Source: a virus
Taxonomy: Duplodnaviria > Caudoviricetes
Virus record (IMG/VR): IMGVR_UViG_3300027782_000065
Location: 1-64,000 of that record
Length of the DNA stretch: 64,000 nucleotides
Direction: 5' to 3' (one strand)
The notes beneath the pieces are model-generated. The model was not told the origin of the DNA and made no database searches. It saw only the letters and a program-made list of their open reading frames with translations. Of the stretch, positions 52,609-62,394 are shown in pieces. Position numbers and translations under genes: made by a program. Position 1 is the stretch's first letter; each line of letters begins with the position of its first letter.

Positions 52609-55554
52609 TCATAAAACTGGTGTAACTGGTTCTCCAATCTTTTCAAGATTTTCGTAAATTGCTTTAAGATGTTTTGAATCTATTTCTTTATATTCTGAAA
52701 GAATTTCTTTCAATAAACTTTTTGTCTCTTCGGATTTTCCCCACTGCCATCCTGATATAGCCTTTTCAAAAAGTAATCCATATTTTCCAGGATATTCAAC
52801 ATTAGTTTTTAGCGGAGGGCAATCAAAATTACAATATCTCAATGCAAGATCAGCATTCATATAACAATCTTGCCACCACTCTCGTTTTTCTGCAAATCGA
52901 CTTAACAGAAAATATGCTTCTGGACGCTGTGGTAAAAATGCCTGTGCTTGCCAAAGTAATGACCTAGCACTACCATCTCTAGTTCCCTGCTTCTCATAGC
53001 AATATGATCCACGAATTAATGCTTCATAAGCAAGATCTTCATCCTCTGCTCGTTCTGCACATCTCAGAAAATATGTCAGTGCTGGTGCAGTATGTCCTTG
53101 ATTCTCATACCAAACACCTAGTGCAAAATTATTTTCTGCATTTTCAGTATCTAAAGAATAAGTAGTAATTAATTCTTCAATTTCAGATTTAACAATAGGA
53201 TTTAAATTGATTTCTTTTTCACTTCTATCTTTATTTTTCCACCATTCTAACACAAGATCTCTTGCAACTTTATGATTTGTTTTTTGCCCACCATTCACAT
53301 CATCATCATTATTTTCAAATGTAGAAACAAACTCAGTATTCTCAACAAATAATGGAATTGTATAAGTTTTTCCAAGAGAAGTAAAAATAATATTTTCAAT
53401 TAGTGGCATTACATCATAATTTACAACCTCTAAATGATAGGTGTCTCCTTTGATATAATTATCAATGATTTTTTTGGCATAATCTCTAGTCAAAATATAT
53501 GCAGTTGCTGCCCAATCGTCCCAATATCTTTCACGAATCTCAAAAGTGTCAAAATTACTTCTAATAGTCAATAACTGAACACAATCAGCATCTTCTGGAA
53601 GAGAATCAATGAATTCATCCCAAGTAAAATCCCAATAATCCACAGTTTCTAAACTTAAATCATCTTCACAGAAGAATCCATAATCTTCTTGAGTATTTTC
53701 ATACCAATCTTTAATTGCCTTTAAATGAGAAACGCAGCAACCTTTTGTACCATCATTTAAAGTATGTAAGTGCTTTCCAGTTACGATATCATTAGATTCC
53801 GAAAATCTTTTTGATATGATTGATTTTGGAGAAATATTATATTTTTCAAATTGATCTTCAATACTTTTCTGCCTATCAACACATTCTTCTAAACTCATGT
53901 AATACACAGATACAAGTCCATCTAATTTATTTTTCATATTAATTTCTTCTGCAAAATAATTTTGATCGTCCATTTGAACAATATTCCAATTAGTTTTGGG
54001 TTTTACATAATAATCGGAAATTTTACCGATCATATTTTTATTTTCCTCAATATGTTTTTGAGATAATGCATATTCAACTTGCCACTCCAATTCCCGACCA
54101 CTATAATTAGGACTTAAATTTTCACGAATCATATTCTTATAATTTTCATCCCAACCAAATCCTTCAAAATTTTCAGTTCTTTTGCCATCTGGATGTGGCA
54201 AATGAATTAAATAATTATCATAATCAAGTTTATTCTCATTTAATCCCATATATCTAAGACGTTGAAATATTTCATCATCCTCATAAGAATAACACTTACC
54301 AAGATTTTCATTATAACCACCAATCTTATTGTAATTTTCTTTTGAAATAAACAAGAGACCTGTTAGATATAAGAAGTATGGACTATAAGAATTAAAATAT
54401 TCTTTTAACTGCTCATCACTCATTTCATGCTTATTAATCATATAAAGACCAGTCTCAGGATCCAAATACTCTGGACTATTGGTATTATAAGATCCAGAAG
54501 TAAATGAATTATGATCTGGAAAATATTTTTCTACAAAATTATAATAAGGATTGATCAAATAATCAGTATCTAGTTTAAGAATATAATCACCAGTTGCAAG
54601 GCTTGCGGCAAGATTTAAAGGTTGTGGTTGATTGAAATATTTTTTATCTTCAACTCTTACTATCTTAATTCTTGAATCTAATTTTGTAAGATGATTTAAA
54701 GGTTCATCCGAACTCCAATCAACAATAATTATCTCCTGGATATTCTTAATTGACAACCAAGAATTTAATGATACTCTAAGAGAATCGTATCTATTTTTAC
54801 ATGCACAAATTACTGAAATACTCATATTTGGTGAATTGGAAACATCAAGATTTTCAGAGTGAGGGATAATTTTAATATTTGAATCTTCTTTATGAAATGA
54901 AAGTGTGGCAATAAACAAATTTACTCCATTTTGATAAATTGGAGAATAATCAATATGCTCATATTCTTTTTGATACTCACTTGTCAGTTTTAATCCAGAA
55001 GACTCTACAATTTTAATTAAATTTTCTGGAGAAATAAATTCTCCAGGATCTGGAATAAGAGTAACATCGGTAGAAGAAATTAATCTACCGTTAGGTTTTA
55101 AAACTCTATAAACTTCATCCGCAATATTTTTCCATCCCCAATTTTCAATTCCGTGTCCCCATACAGGTTCAAAACAATGTACGGAGCAACTGTCAATCAC
55201 AACATCTACACTTGCATCCTCCATTTGTTTCAGTTCATATAAGGCATCACCAAGAATCATTTTACTTAATCCTTTAGGACACCAATGATCAACAGAATTT
55301 AAATCTATTCCAGTAACATCATTTCCCCAACTAGCAATAATATGAGGAACACAACCATCTGCAGATCCCAATTCAATTACTTTTAAATTATTTTTACCAA
55401 TTGACTTGAATTCCTCTAATATTGTGACCCATTTCACCATCGCAGCATCTATGTTCCAAAATTTATGGTGAAATCCAATCTCATCCCATTTTTCTTGTTC
55501 AAGTATATTTCTACATTTAGAAATATCTTTATCAGTAAGTACTCTATTATACAT
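52609..55554 (-). CDS. multidomain glycan enzyme: SAM methyltransferase, GT2, GT25-like and TPR-like domains
   Basis: VIELGSADG; ISVICACKNR..IVDWSS..LKLDTD..GYNE..YEDD; YYMSLE..DRQ..GCCVSHL..FFCEDD; ALTYFLRCAE. Confidence 0.85.
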   Translation of the reverse strand: MYNRVLTDKDISKCRNILEQEKWDEIGFHHKFWNIDAAMVKWVTILEEFKSIGKNNLKVIELGSADGCVPHIIASWGNDVTGIDLNSVDHWCPKGLSKMILGDALYELKQMEDASVDVVIDSCSVHCFEPVWGHGIENWGWKNIADEVYRVLKPNGRLISSTDVTLIPDPGEFISPENLIKIVESSGLKLTSEYQKEYEHIDYSPIYQNGVNLFIATLSFHKEDSNIKIIPHSENLDVSNSPNMSISVICACKNRYDSLRVSLNSWLSIKNIQEIIIVDWSSDEPLNHLTKLDSRIKIVRVEDKKYFNQPQPLNLAASLATGDYILKLDTDYLINPYYNFVEKYFPDHNSFTSGSYNTNSPEYLDPETGLYMINKHEMSDEQLKEYFNSYSPYFLYLTGLLFISKENYNKIGGYNENLGKCYSYEDDEIFQRLRYMGLNENKLDYDNYLIHLPHPDGKRTENFEGFGWDENYKNMIRENLSPNYSGRELEWQVEYALSQKHIEENKNMIGKISDYYVKPKTNWNIVQMDDQNYFAEEINMKNKLDGLVSVYYMSLEECVDRQKSIEDQFEKYNISPKSIISKRFSESNDIVTGKHLHTLNDGTKGCCVSHLKAIKDWYENTQEDYGFFCEDDLSLETVDYWDFTWDEFIDSLPEDADCVQLLTIRSNFDTFEIRERYWDDWAATAYILTRDYAKKIIDNYIKGDTYHLEVVNYDVMPLIENIIFTSLGKTYTIPLFVENTEFVSTFENNDDDVNGGQKTNHKVARDLVLEWWKNKDRSEKEINLNPIVKSEIEELITTYSLDTENAENNFALGVWYENQGHTAPALTYFLRCAERAEDEDLAYEALIRGSYCYEKQGTRDGSARSLLWQAQAFLPQRPEAYFLLSRFAEKREWWQDCYMNADLALRYCNFDCPPLKTNVEYPGKYGLLFEKAISGWQWGKSEETKSLLKEILSEYKEIDSKHLKAIYENLEKIGEPVTPVL

Positions 55555-55563
55555 ATGATTTAT

Positions 55564-56034
55564 TCAAACAATTTTTTTATAAAACAAAGGTTTATCGGTA
55601 CAAATACCATAACTGTTTTTTATATATTCAATTCCGTGAGGAAAACTGTACAATGAAATACTTTCAGGCAAAACAATTACAGATTTTGAATATGGATATT
55701 GACCAACCAACACCCAACCAATGCCTTTACTTGTTAAGGTATAACGATCAGTTTCGTGCCAAAAATAATTAAATGCGGTTTTAGAAAATTCAGAAAGTGC
55801 TTCTAAATTTTTACAATGAACCCATAAATTTTCCCTATATTGACTTAACCAATACAAACTGACAACATATTGTGGTTCATCATGCCCCAAATAAAAACAC
55901 TTATCTTTATTATCATAACGCACATCAATCTCCACATCAAATCCTTGGGATAATGCTTCTTCAATATATTCTGGACTATTTTCCCTCAGTGGATTAGGTC
56001 CATTGAGATTTCCACGATGAGAAATAATTTTCAT
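55564..56034 (-). CDS. glycerophosphodiester phosphodiesterase-like protein
   Basis: ISHRGN...ENS...GFDVEIDV...LGHD; start reassigned to MKII, 2 nt after the RLP stop. Confidence 0.75.
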   Translation of the reverse strand: MKIISHRGNLNGPNPLRENSPEYIEEALSQGFDVEIDVRYDNKDKCFYLGHDEPQYVVSLYWLSQYRENLWVHCKNLEALSEFSKTAFNYFWHETDRYTLTSKGIGWVLVGQYPYSKSVIVLPESISLYSFPHGIEYIKNSYGICTDKPLFYKKIV

Positions 56035-56035
56035 A

Positions 56036-57274
56036 TCAAAACTCCAAAATCCATTCGGGGAGAGATCCACCACCAGTTTCATATCCCCATTTATCTATGG
56101 CGGCACGAAACTCTGGTCCAGGGGTTTTATCAATTGCCTGTCTCATTGCCAGAGCACCTGCCAGAGTGCCCTCAGGATGCCCGTGAATGGCACCTCCACA
56201 GTTGGCAAGGAAATCTGTACCAAACTTCTCTGCTGTGGTATTAACGATGCCTGGATGCATCCCACAACTCAATGCTGGAAGTACATTGCGATTATGAAGT
56301 GTTGCAAGAGTTTGACGAAGTTCATTCTCATCATCACTCAGATAACCACCCCACATTCCAGCATGAATCGTATCAACACCCATCAATCCGGCAAGATCAC
56401 AAATCACATCCCAGTCTATTCCAAATGCGTGGCGTTTATCGGTAAGAATTTTGTCGCCACTCTTTTGAAAGTGTTGAAACATCGGTAGATCAAGTCTACG
56501 AATAGAGTTATAAACACCCAAACCACTCCAAAAATTAATATGGATACCGTTTCCACCATTATTAGAAACGAACTTAGCCCTTTCAAGAATCGTGTGGTGA
56601 TCCCCATTAATACAGAACGCATAGATTACATTCCTCCCACAGTTATTCACAATATTTGAAATCAGTTCTACACGATCTTCAAGACGGCAGAACGATGGAT
56701 TTGCCAGAATCTCATCTTCCTTAATGAAATCTACACCACCATCAAGAAGTTCTTTCACCATCTCAGAAAGAGTTTGTGGCGAAATACCAGTCTTTGGTTT
56801 TACAATAGCACCAGAAAGTGGTTTGTCATAACGATTTACAAACTTACGGATTCCATCAATACCATACTTGGGTCCAAGAAACTGTGCTTCCACATCAGCA
56901 GGGAATTCAAGTTTCTGAAGACGACAAGATTTGAATACATCAATATCTAATTGACCTCCCATTACCTGACAAAGAAGATGAGAAATACCATCACCTTCCC
57001 AATCTGTATTTACTTTAGGAAAACCAATTTTTACTACACCTTCTGTGAGTTGTGAGAGTTCATTTTCATCTGCGTAGATAACACAAGATGATAGTTCAAA
57101 CAGTTCATCGTTTTCCCAACGATTACGAACTTTTGGATTACCCACACTCTGCCCAATAGCAAGATTCCAAGCAGCATCACGAAGATTGCCAACATTGGAA
57201 TATGATTCAATATAATATGTTGCTACTACACAACGTTCTCTTTCTTGATCTGTTAGTTCTCTAAAAAATTTCAT
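56036..57274 (-). CDS. RuBisCO-like protein (form IV type)
   Basis: GPKYGIDGIR, IVKPKTG, GVDFIKEDE, GVDTIHAG, PALSCG, GGAIHGHPEGTLAGALAMRQA. Confidence 0.9.
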   Translation of the reverse strand: MKFFRELTDQERERCVVATYYIESYSNVGNLRDAAWNLAIGQSVGNPKVRNRWENDELFELSSCVIYADENELSQLTEGVVKIGFPKVNTDWEGDGISHLLCQVMGGQLDIDVFKSCRLQKLEFPADVEAQFLGPKYGIDGIRKFVNRYDKPLSGAIVKPKTGISPQTLSEMVKELLDGGVDFIKEDEILANPSFCRLEDRVELISNIVNNCGRNVIYAFCINGDHHTILERAKFVSNNGGNGIHINFWSGLGVYNSIRRLDLPMFQHFQKSGDKILTDKRHAFGIDWDVICDLAGLMGVDTIHAGMWGGYLSDDENELRQTLATLHNRNVLPALSCGMHPGIVNTTAEKFGTDFLANCGGAIHGHPEGTLAGALAMRQAIDKTPGPEFRAAIDKWGYETGGGSLPEWILEF

Positions 57275-57597
57275 TGATCAACCTCAAACTTATCTCCAGG
57301 AATAGATGGAACTTTAACTACAACCACAACACAGTCTTCTAAAAATACAGGATTTGCAACTTCACCTTTTTCAAAAACAAACACATCTCCAGAGTTAAGT
57401 TCTTTACTCTGAATAGTCATTTTACCCTGCACAAGAACATTATATTCTACACTTTCTTTATGATAATGGGGTGCCCAATATTCACCTTTTTGGTGAGTAA
57501 GAACACCGACTTCAAAATCTTTAGTTCTCAAAAGTGATGGTTCAAAGTCTCCAATAAACCATCCACGATGATAATCCTTCAATTGAGTTACATTCAT
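57271..57597 (-). CDS. cupin-fold protein
   Basis: RGWFIGDF, PHYHK..EYNVLVQGKM...GDVFVFEKGE. Confidence 0.8.
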   Translation of the reverse strand: MNVTQLKDYHRGWFIGDFEPSLLRTKDFEVGVLTHQKGEYWAPHYHKESVEYNVLVQGKMTIQSKELNSGDVFVFEKGEVANPVFLEDCVVVVVKVPSIPGDKFEVDQ

Positions 57598-58307
57598 ACT
57601 TTACGAATAAAATTTTCAAGATCTTCAGGTACTCCAACAGGATTATGTTGCCAGGATGGAATATGATGAATGCCAACTTTTAATCCAGCACCAATCATAT
57701 GATTATATGTTGGTCCGACATAAAATTCACCATTCGGTGCCCTATCATTACATTCTATCATATTTTCCGTACTTTGTACAAAGTATTTCCCCTTTCTCCA
57801 ATAATGAATCCCATTCAATGATATATCACTTATGACTTGCTTTTCTTTAATTTCTTGCACAAATCCATTTTTATCAAGTCTAGCATAACTATTTTTTGGA
57901 GTGTCTGTACTATAAGTAACAACTAACCCATCATACTTATAATACCTAGCAGTTGTAAGAAACAGATCTGCATCCCACCACATAATTTGATCACAATTTG
58001 CAATCACCAATTCCTCTTCACTATTAATAAAATCTTTAAATAAAAGACAACTTGAGGCAGGACCTTCTGTAGTTTCTTCTACGCTAATAATTTTTGCCGA
58101 TGGGAGAAGTGAATGTAAAAGAGTACAGACCTGATCATAGTAACTATCTTTTCTAATTACAAAGTGATAAGTTCCCACTAATCCTAACGATTGTATTGCT
58201 CGTTGAATCATAGGAATTCCATCAATTTCTATTAATGGTTTTGGAATTTTATAGGTATCTCTGGGAAATCTAGTCCCTTCACCTGCCATTGGAATTAAAA
58301 TATTCAT
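57594..58307 (-). CDS. sugar nucleotidyltransferase-like protein (BcbE-like)
   Basis: ILIPMAGEGTRF...PKPLIEIDG.PMI...IANCDQ...EIKEK..IS...GIHYW...NGEFYVGP.YN. Confidence 0.85.
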   Translation of the reverse strand: MNILIPMAGEGTRFPRDTYKIPKPLIEIDGIPMIQRAIQSLGLVGTYHFVIRKDSYYDQVCTLLHSLLPSAKIISVEETTEGPASSCLLFKDFINSEEELVIANCDQIMWWDADLFLTTARYYKYDGLVVTYSTDTPKNSYARLDKNGFVQEIKEKQVISDISLNGIHYWRKGKYFVQSTENMIECNDRAPNGEFYVGPTYNHMIGAGLKVGIHHIPSWQHNPVGVPEDLENFIRKV

Positions 58308-59119
58308 TCCTTAAAAGAGTATGTTAATTGATATACTAGATTATGGAAATCATCAGAGATGAATGGAGTTTCACATTCTCCAGTCAAATAATAATTATAA
58401 TACCTTTTTATGGATTCTTCCAAAGGATCACTACCTATAATAATTTCAGTACCTTCAAAATTAATAGTATTAAAGGTATTAGATTCTATTATTTTTTCAT
58501 CTACAATAAATCTAGTATAAGTTTTATTTGAAAATCCAAACTCAAAAGTAATATTTTTATTATCCAAAATAAATTTTGATTTATAAATGGTAGTGCTTAC
58601 TTTTTCAACAGAATGTAACGTAACATCATCCAATTCAAGTGATTTTAAAATACAAATCATGTGAGGTAAAAAATCTTCCAATATGGTCAATTTTCTATCA
58701 ACATAATTAGCAGAAAAAAATTGAATATCTAAATTTAGAAAATTATTAGGTATAATTTCTTTAATTTTTTTTATTTTTGATGAATTATACCAAAGGTAAT
58801 TTACATAAGGATTATTTTTATACGAATTTTTTTTATTTTTAATATTAAAAGGTTTTTCAACAAAAACTTTTTTATTAAAAAGTGATATTATTTCATGATG
58901 ATATAAAGGTCCAGTAAGAATAAAAGTTGGTAAATTTTTATCAACCTCTTCTATAAGATTTCTTGTAAGTATATTTTTACAATTTACAAAAACATCTTTC
59001 TTATCGGTAACTAAATTTTGAATTTGATATCCACTTGATTCTAATTTTTTTGCAACTCTAGATCCCCAATTCCCATACCCAATGATGTTAATTGGAATAT
59101 CACAATTAAAACTATCCAT
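58304..59119 (-). CDS. Gfo/Idh/MocA-like oxidoreductase
   Basis: IIGYGNWG Rossmann motif, VFVEKPF, D..PH. Confidence 0.7.
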   Translation of the reverse strand: MDSFNCDIPINIIGYGNWGSRVAKKLESSGYQIQNLVTDKKDVFVNCKNILTRNLIEEVDKNLPTFILTGPLYHHEIISLFNKKVFVEKPFNIKNKKNSYKNNPYVNYLWYNSSKIKKIKEIIPNNFLNLDIQFFSANYVDRKLTILEDFLPHMICILKSLELDDVTLHSVEKVSTTIYKSKFILDNKNITFEFGFSNKTYTRFIVDEKIIESNTFNTINFEGTEIIIGSDPLEESIKRYYNYYLTGECETPFISDDFHNLVYQLTYSFKE

Positions 59120-59957
59120 TAGTAACCTCGTTTAAATATTCATTAACTTCTCTTGGTAAAATGTCTGCCATCCAGTTTCTCATTCCACCAAAATATCTAT
59201 TTAATTTATGAGCAAGTGCCCCACCTGCTTGATGTAAAACTTTAATATGCATTATATCATTAGTCACTGGATCGTTCAAATATAGTTGATTGTCCTTAAT
59301 ATACATCTGCTTCCAACTTTGCCAAGGATCATATTCTGGTCCCCATCCATTGTTGATTCCATAAGATAAATTACTACCTATTGGATCAACAATTTCAGAA
59401 GTATACTTGTTAGAATGAAAAATTAAATTTAAAACCCATTGTTCGTCAAGACATTGCTCAGGTTTATCTGAAAAATAATGATTAACATCATGCCAGTGAT
59501 ACCAAAATTCTTTATTGTTAGATGCCAAAAGTCCACCACAAACATATTTTTGCGTTGGTATAATATCCCCATTTCCGAATGGGGGATGGTGGGGAAGTTG
59601 AGTTGGAGACCATGCTTGTGCCAAATTAAAACTATTATAACATCTAGAACTTATAATATCAGCATTACTATTAAACAACTCATCCATCGGACCTGTTATG
59701 GTTGAATCAGCATCCATATGGATCACCATATCATAATTTTCAATAAATGGGATACAACTTGGGGGAGTCATCCACTTATTTTTTTTTGGTTCTATCCATG
59801 AATATTTTCCATATACTTGATTACTCATTTCTGTATTAAAAATAATACAATCAACTTCCGGATGAAAATATTTAATTGAATTGATTAATTTATTTACACC
59901 CAAAAAATCTGCATAGTCATCAGTACACCAAGTTGTAATAAGAATTTTTTTACTCAT
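59112..59957 (-). CDS. GT-A fold glycosyltransferase (GT8-like)
   Basis: HMDADS DxD motif, GGLL, DEQWVLN, HQAGG. Confidence 0.75.
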   Translation of the reverse strand: MSKKILITTWCTDDYADFLGVNKLINSIKYFHPEVDCIIFNTEMSNQVYGKYSWIEPKKNKWMTPPSCIPFIENYDMVIHMDADSTITGPMDELFNSNADIISSRCYNSFNLAQAWSPTQLPHHPPFGNGDIIPTQKYVCGGLLASNNKEFWYHWHDVNHYFSDKPEQCLDEQWVLNLIFHSNKYTSEIVDPIGSNLSYGINNGWGPEYDPWQSWKQMYIKDNQLYLNDPVTNDIMHIKVLHQAGGALAHKLNRYFGGMRNWMADILPREVNEYLNEVTNG

Positions 59958-60666
59958 AATCTAGAATTACTTCGATTGTTTTTGTATTCATATAATTCTT
60001 GAGAATTTTTGCATTTGGAATAACACAATGACCTCCAATTTTTTTAGTTGGATAAAGAACTGGTCTAACCACATTTTCTTTTCCTAATTTTATATAACCT
60101 TCATTATACGATTGATTATAAAGAGTCATAACTTCTTCAAAATCAATCTCTTCATTTTTACAAAGATTTGCAACATCAGAATGAAAAGCAATGCACATCC
60201 CATAATAAGTTGTATCTAACAGTTTAGCATATTCAGTTGTCTTACTATCTTTGCAAATATGACTTCTAATTCCAATACTATCTAAATGCTTTTTATATAG
60301 TATGGCGGAATTATCATCTTCTGGTCCAATATATTTCAAAAAAGTTTTCATACCCAAATCAAGATTAGGATGCAATCCCCTCATAGGTGAGTGACAAACT
60401 TTACCACCAATAAGTTTAGTTGTTCCAGGAGAAACAGTGGAGTGAATGATTGTATAGTTTGGATTTGCTTTTGCAACATATTCTTTAACAATATCCACAA
60501 AGTTATCGATGGATGGAATACAAATATTAAGTATTTCAACTCCATTAATATCATCATCAAAATTTTGAAATGGATCTACTACTCTAATATCAAATCCACC
60601 AAAAGATCTATACACTTTTGCAATGCTGCTACCAATTTCTCCATGTCCAATGATTCCGATTTTCAT
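59950..60666 (-). CDS. UDP-glucose/GDP-mannose dehydrogenase family protein (short form)
   Basis: GIIGHGEIG, ICIP, HSTVSPGTT, EYAKL, GGHCVIPN; start reassigned to MKIG (TGATG overlap). Confidence 0.8.
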   Translation of the reverse strand: MKIGIIGHGEIGSSIAKVYRSFGGFDIRVVDPFQNFDDDINGVEILNICIPSIDNFVDIVKEYVAKANPNYTIIHSTVSPGTTKLIGGKVCHSPMRGLHPNLDLGMKTFLKYIGPEDDNSAILYKKHLDSIGIRSHICKDSKTTEYAKLLDTTYYGMCIAFHSDVANLCKNEEIDFEEVMTLYNQSYNEGYIKLGKENVVRPVLYPTKKIGGHCVIPNAKILKNYMNTKTIEVILDYE

Positions 60667-61643
60667 CAAACACAAACTCCATTAATATAGTATTCTACCA
60701 CTTCTTGAATAACTTCGTCAACCCCTTTAGTCGGACTCCACCCAAGCCTTTCTTTAATTTTTTCACTATCGGGAATTTTTTCCGGTGCTTCTGCAAAAAG
60801 TGGTCCATGAAGATCTATTGGATCAACATGAAGAATTTTTGATTTAGTTTGAGTCATTTCTTTAACTTTTTCTGCAAGGTAAAGAATTGTTCTTTCATTA
60901 TTTTTATTACCAATATTCCACTCCTCATTCCAATCAGAATCATTAGCAGTGGAAGCAAGATAAATTCCATCCACAATATCTTTAACCCAAGTGAATGCTC
61001 TCAACTGCAGACCATCATAATAAACTGTTATGTCTTGATTGTTTAATGCCTGATTAACAAATCTAGGAAGAACAAATCCACCATTAGGAAGTTGATATTT
61101 ACCAGTGACATTAAATGGTCTGATAATCTGATATTTAAAATCAGAGTCAATTTTTGCATGATTCGTTAAAACAATTTCAGATAATAATTTAGCAACTGCA
61201 TATTCATTTCTAACAGTAAAATCACCATGAAGAACTTTATCACTCTCTTCTTTCAAATAACTTTTACCGTCCCTATGTCCATAAATTTCTGAAGTAGAAA
61301 TAAATATTAAAGGACATTGATTATACTTGGCAGTATTAATTGCCCAGTAAATATCATCTAAGATAATTCTTGCCATATTACCAGAGTGTTTTAAAACACC
61401 CACAGGTCCTACAGGAGAAGCAAGATGAAGAACTAAATCAAATTTGGGTAAAGATTTATAATCAACATCTAAAATATTTTTTCCAATAACATCAACATCT
61501 TCAACCAAATGATAATCTGTAGGTATAGCATTTGTAGATAAATTATCTATGACACAAATGTCCCAACCTTCAGATTTCCATTTTTCAATGCAGTGTGCTC
61601 CAATGAATCCTAATCCACCAGTTATTAATATTTTTTTATTCAT
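60666..61643 (-). CDS. NAD-dependent epimerase/decarboxylase (UDP-glucuronate decarboxylase-like SDR)
   Basis: TGGLGFIG, HLAS, STSEIYG, YAVAK, RPFNVTG, RAFTWVKD. Confidence 0.85.
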   Translation of the reverse strand: MNKKILITGGLGFIGAHCIEKWKSEGWDICVIDNLSTNAIPTDYHLVEDVDVIGKNILDVDYKSLPKFDLVLHLASPVGPVGVLKHSGNMARIILDDIYWAINTAKYNQCPLIFISTSEIYGHRDGKSYLKEESDKVLHGDFTVRNEYAVAKLLSEIVLTNHAKIDSDFKYQIIRPFNVTGKYQLPNGGFVLPRFVNQALNNQDITVYYDGLQLRAFTWVKDIVDGIYLASTANDSDWNEEWNIGNKNNERTILYLAEKVKEMTQTKSKILHVDPIDLHGPLFAEAPEKIPDSEKIKERLGWSPTKGVDEVIQEVVEYYINGVCV

Positions 61644-62394
61644 AATTTTTAATTATTTGTCTTTCATTAAGCATTTTTGATGCAGAATTCCATAATGGAT
61701 TCAAATTTCCATTGTTAAGTAACTTATTTACTTCATCATAGTAAATGTTTAATTTAGATTCTTTCCAGGAATTCCAGGAATTTGATATTTCAGGAACAGA
61801 ATTTTCGATAAATTTATCCCAATGGTTGTAATTTTCTTCTGGAATATTTTTATATATAACGCTATTATCATACTGATTATATTTACTTTGCCAATGAACT
61901 GTAGCATCAATAGAAGAATTAGTTAATGATGTTTTCCAACTATGGTCATATGTGGATTCTAAACTTTCATAAATCGCAAAATCATTCATGTATATTCTCC
62001 AGACCCAATCACGATCCTCCCAACCAGAATGTGTAAATCTTTCATCCCACCAACCAATTTTCCTAACCAATTCTTTAGAAAATCCCATGAATCCGACATT
62101 ATATAAAAGAACACATGCAAATCCGCTTTCTAATAAATCAATCATTTTTTCCACTTCTTCTACTGTTGGAAGTGTTCTATCATTAATTAATATCATCCAC
62201 TCTGTAGATGAAGTTGCCACAGAATGATTAATTAATTTAGAATAAGAATCATATATTTCAGGGTGACGATCAATTCTATTATTCCAATGAACTTTATATT
62301 TTTCTTTTAAAGGTTCTAAAATTTTAATTTGATTATCTACAACTTCTCTGCTGCACCCACAATGAAGACATATGGTAAATTCTTCAATTTTTAT
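61636..62394 (-). CDS. GT2-family glycosyltransferase with no ATG at its apparent 5' end
   Basis: Frame open from ATA at 62394 (IKIEEFTICLHCG...); SYSKLIN...WMILINDR, WWDERF..SGWEDRD. Confidence 0.7.
   Translation of the reverse strand: MKIEEFTICLHCGCSREVVDNQIKILEPLKEKYKVHWNNRIDRHPEIYDSYSKLINHSVATSSTEWMILINDRTLPTVEEVEKMIDLLESGFACVLLYNVGFMGFSKELVRKIGWWDERFTHSGWEDRDWVWRIYMNDFAIYESLESTYDHSWKTSLTNSSIDATVHWQSKYNQYDNSVIYKNIPEENYNHWDKFIENSVPEISNSWNSWKESKLNIYYDEVNKLLNNGNLNPLWNSASKMLNERQIIKNYE

Noticed and set aside
56036-57274. True carbon-fixing RuBisCO (rbcL)
   Set aside because: The E60, N123, H294 and K334 equivalents are substituted, and there is no rbcS, phosphoribulokinase or carboxysome gene nearby
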